Below are positions 31,969 to 32,000 of a stretch of DNA of 32,000 nt, in pieces. Source of the stretch: Candidatus Saccharimonadota bacterium (GTDB taxonomy: Bacteria; Patescibacteriota; Microgenomatia; UBA1406; GWC2-37-13); assembly GCA_016699265.1 (NCBI GenBank), contig CP064967.1, forward strand, positions 300,001 to 332,000. Direction: 5' to 3'. The translations under genes were made by a program, and so were the position numbers. Below the pieces are notes generated by a model. The model had not been told where the DNA came from and did not search any database. It worked only from the letters and a program-made list of their open reading frames with translations. The number at the start of each line of letters is the position of its first letter. Position 1 is the first letter of the stretch.

Positions 31969-32000
31969 GTGACTAAACTCTTGTCTGGAGTGAGGAAGGA

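Noticed and set aside
1-32000. Alternative genetic code (UGA recoded), as in some candidate phyla.
   Set aside because: TGA ends well-defined genes at the expected length (tsf at 21014, the MgtE-like gene at 30353-30355). Long ORFs are intact under the standard code. The broken genes are explained by frame changes, not by in-frame TGA.
1-32000. CRISPR arrays, IS elements, toxin-antitoxin pairs, restriction-modification or other defence systems.
   Set aside because: No regularly spaced direct repeats and no transposase, integrase, reverse-transcriptase, Cas-like or methylase motifs in any ORF I translated. The only nuclease-like candidates are the lone ParB/Srx-fold protein and an unassigned orphan.

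Overview
AT-rich, gene-dense bacterial chromosome segment made almost entirely of housekeeping genes, mostly on the minus strand: rpsF-ssb-rpsR, pheA, cysS, rnj, recR, prs, dnaX-ybaB, ybeY, rpsU, proS, rseP, frr, tsf, rpsB, galU, tmk, and three tRNAs (Pro-CGG, Val-TAC, Ile-GAT). Short proteins, very short spacers and the gene set suggest a reduced-genome Patescibacteria/CPR-like organism; this is inference only. I found no CRISPR array, transposase, integrase, phage gene or recognisable defence system. Main observations: (1) at 13 genes that head a transcription unit, a TATAAT-class -10 box ends 5-7 nt before the start codon, and Shine-Dalgarno sequences are essentially absent, which points to leaderless expression. 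(2) A tRNA-Ile/tRNA-Val pair sits 3 nt upstream of two tandem SET-domain methyltransferase genes, suggesting an mRNA released by tRNA processing. (3) A pore-less MgtE cytosolic module (PRC + MgtE_N + CBS) is translationally coupled to an NRAMP-family transporter with a non-canonical metal site. (4) Essential genes carry frameshifts, mostly in A/T runs and clustered in two blocks. One is an A AAA AAA heptamer in dnaX. (5) Repeated or structured intergenic elements: a ~128-nt palindromic element present twice, an 85-nt GC-rich palindrome, and a duplicated 3' fragment of tRNA-Pro. (6) A membrane-anchored double-AAA+ Clp-like protein. Family calls come from motifs I could read in the translations. 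No database search was run.
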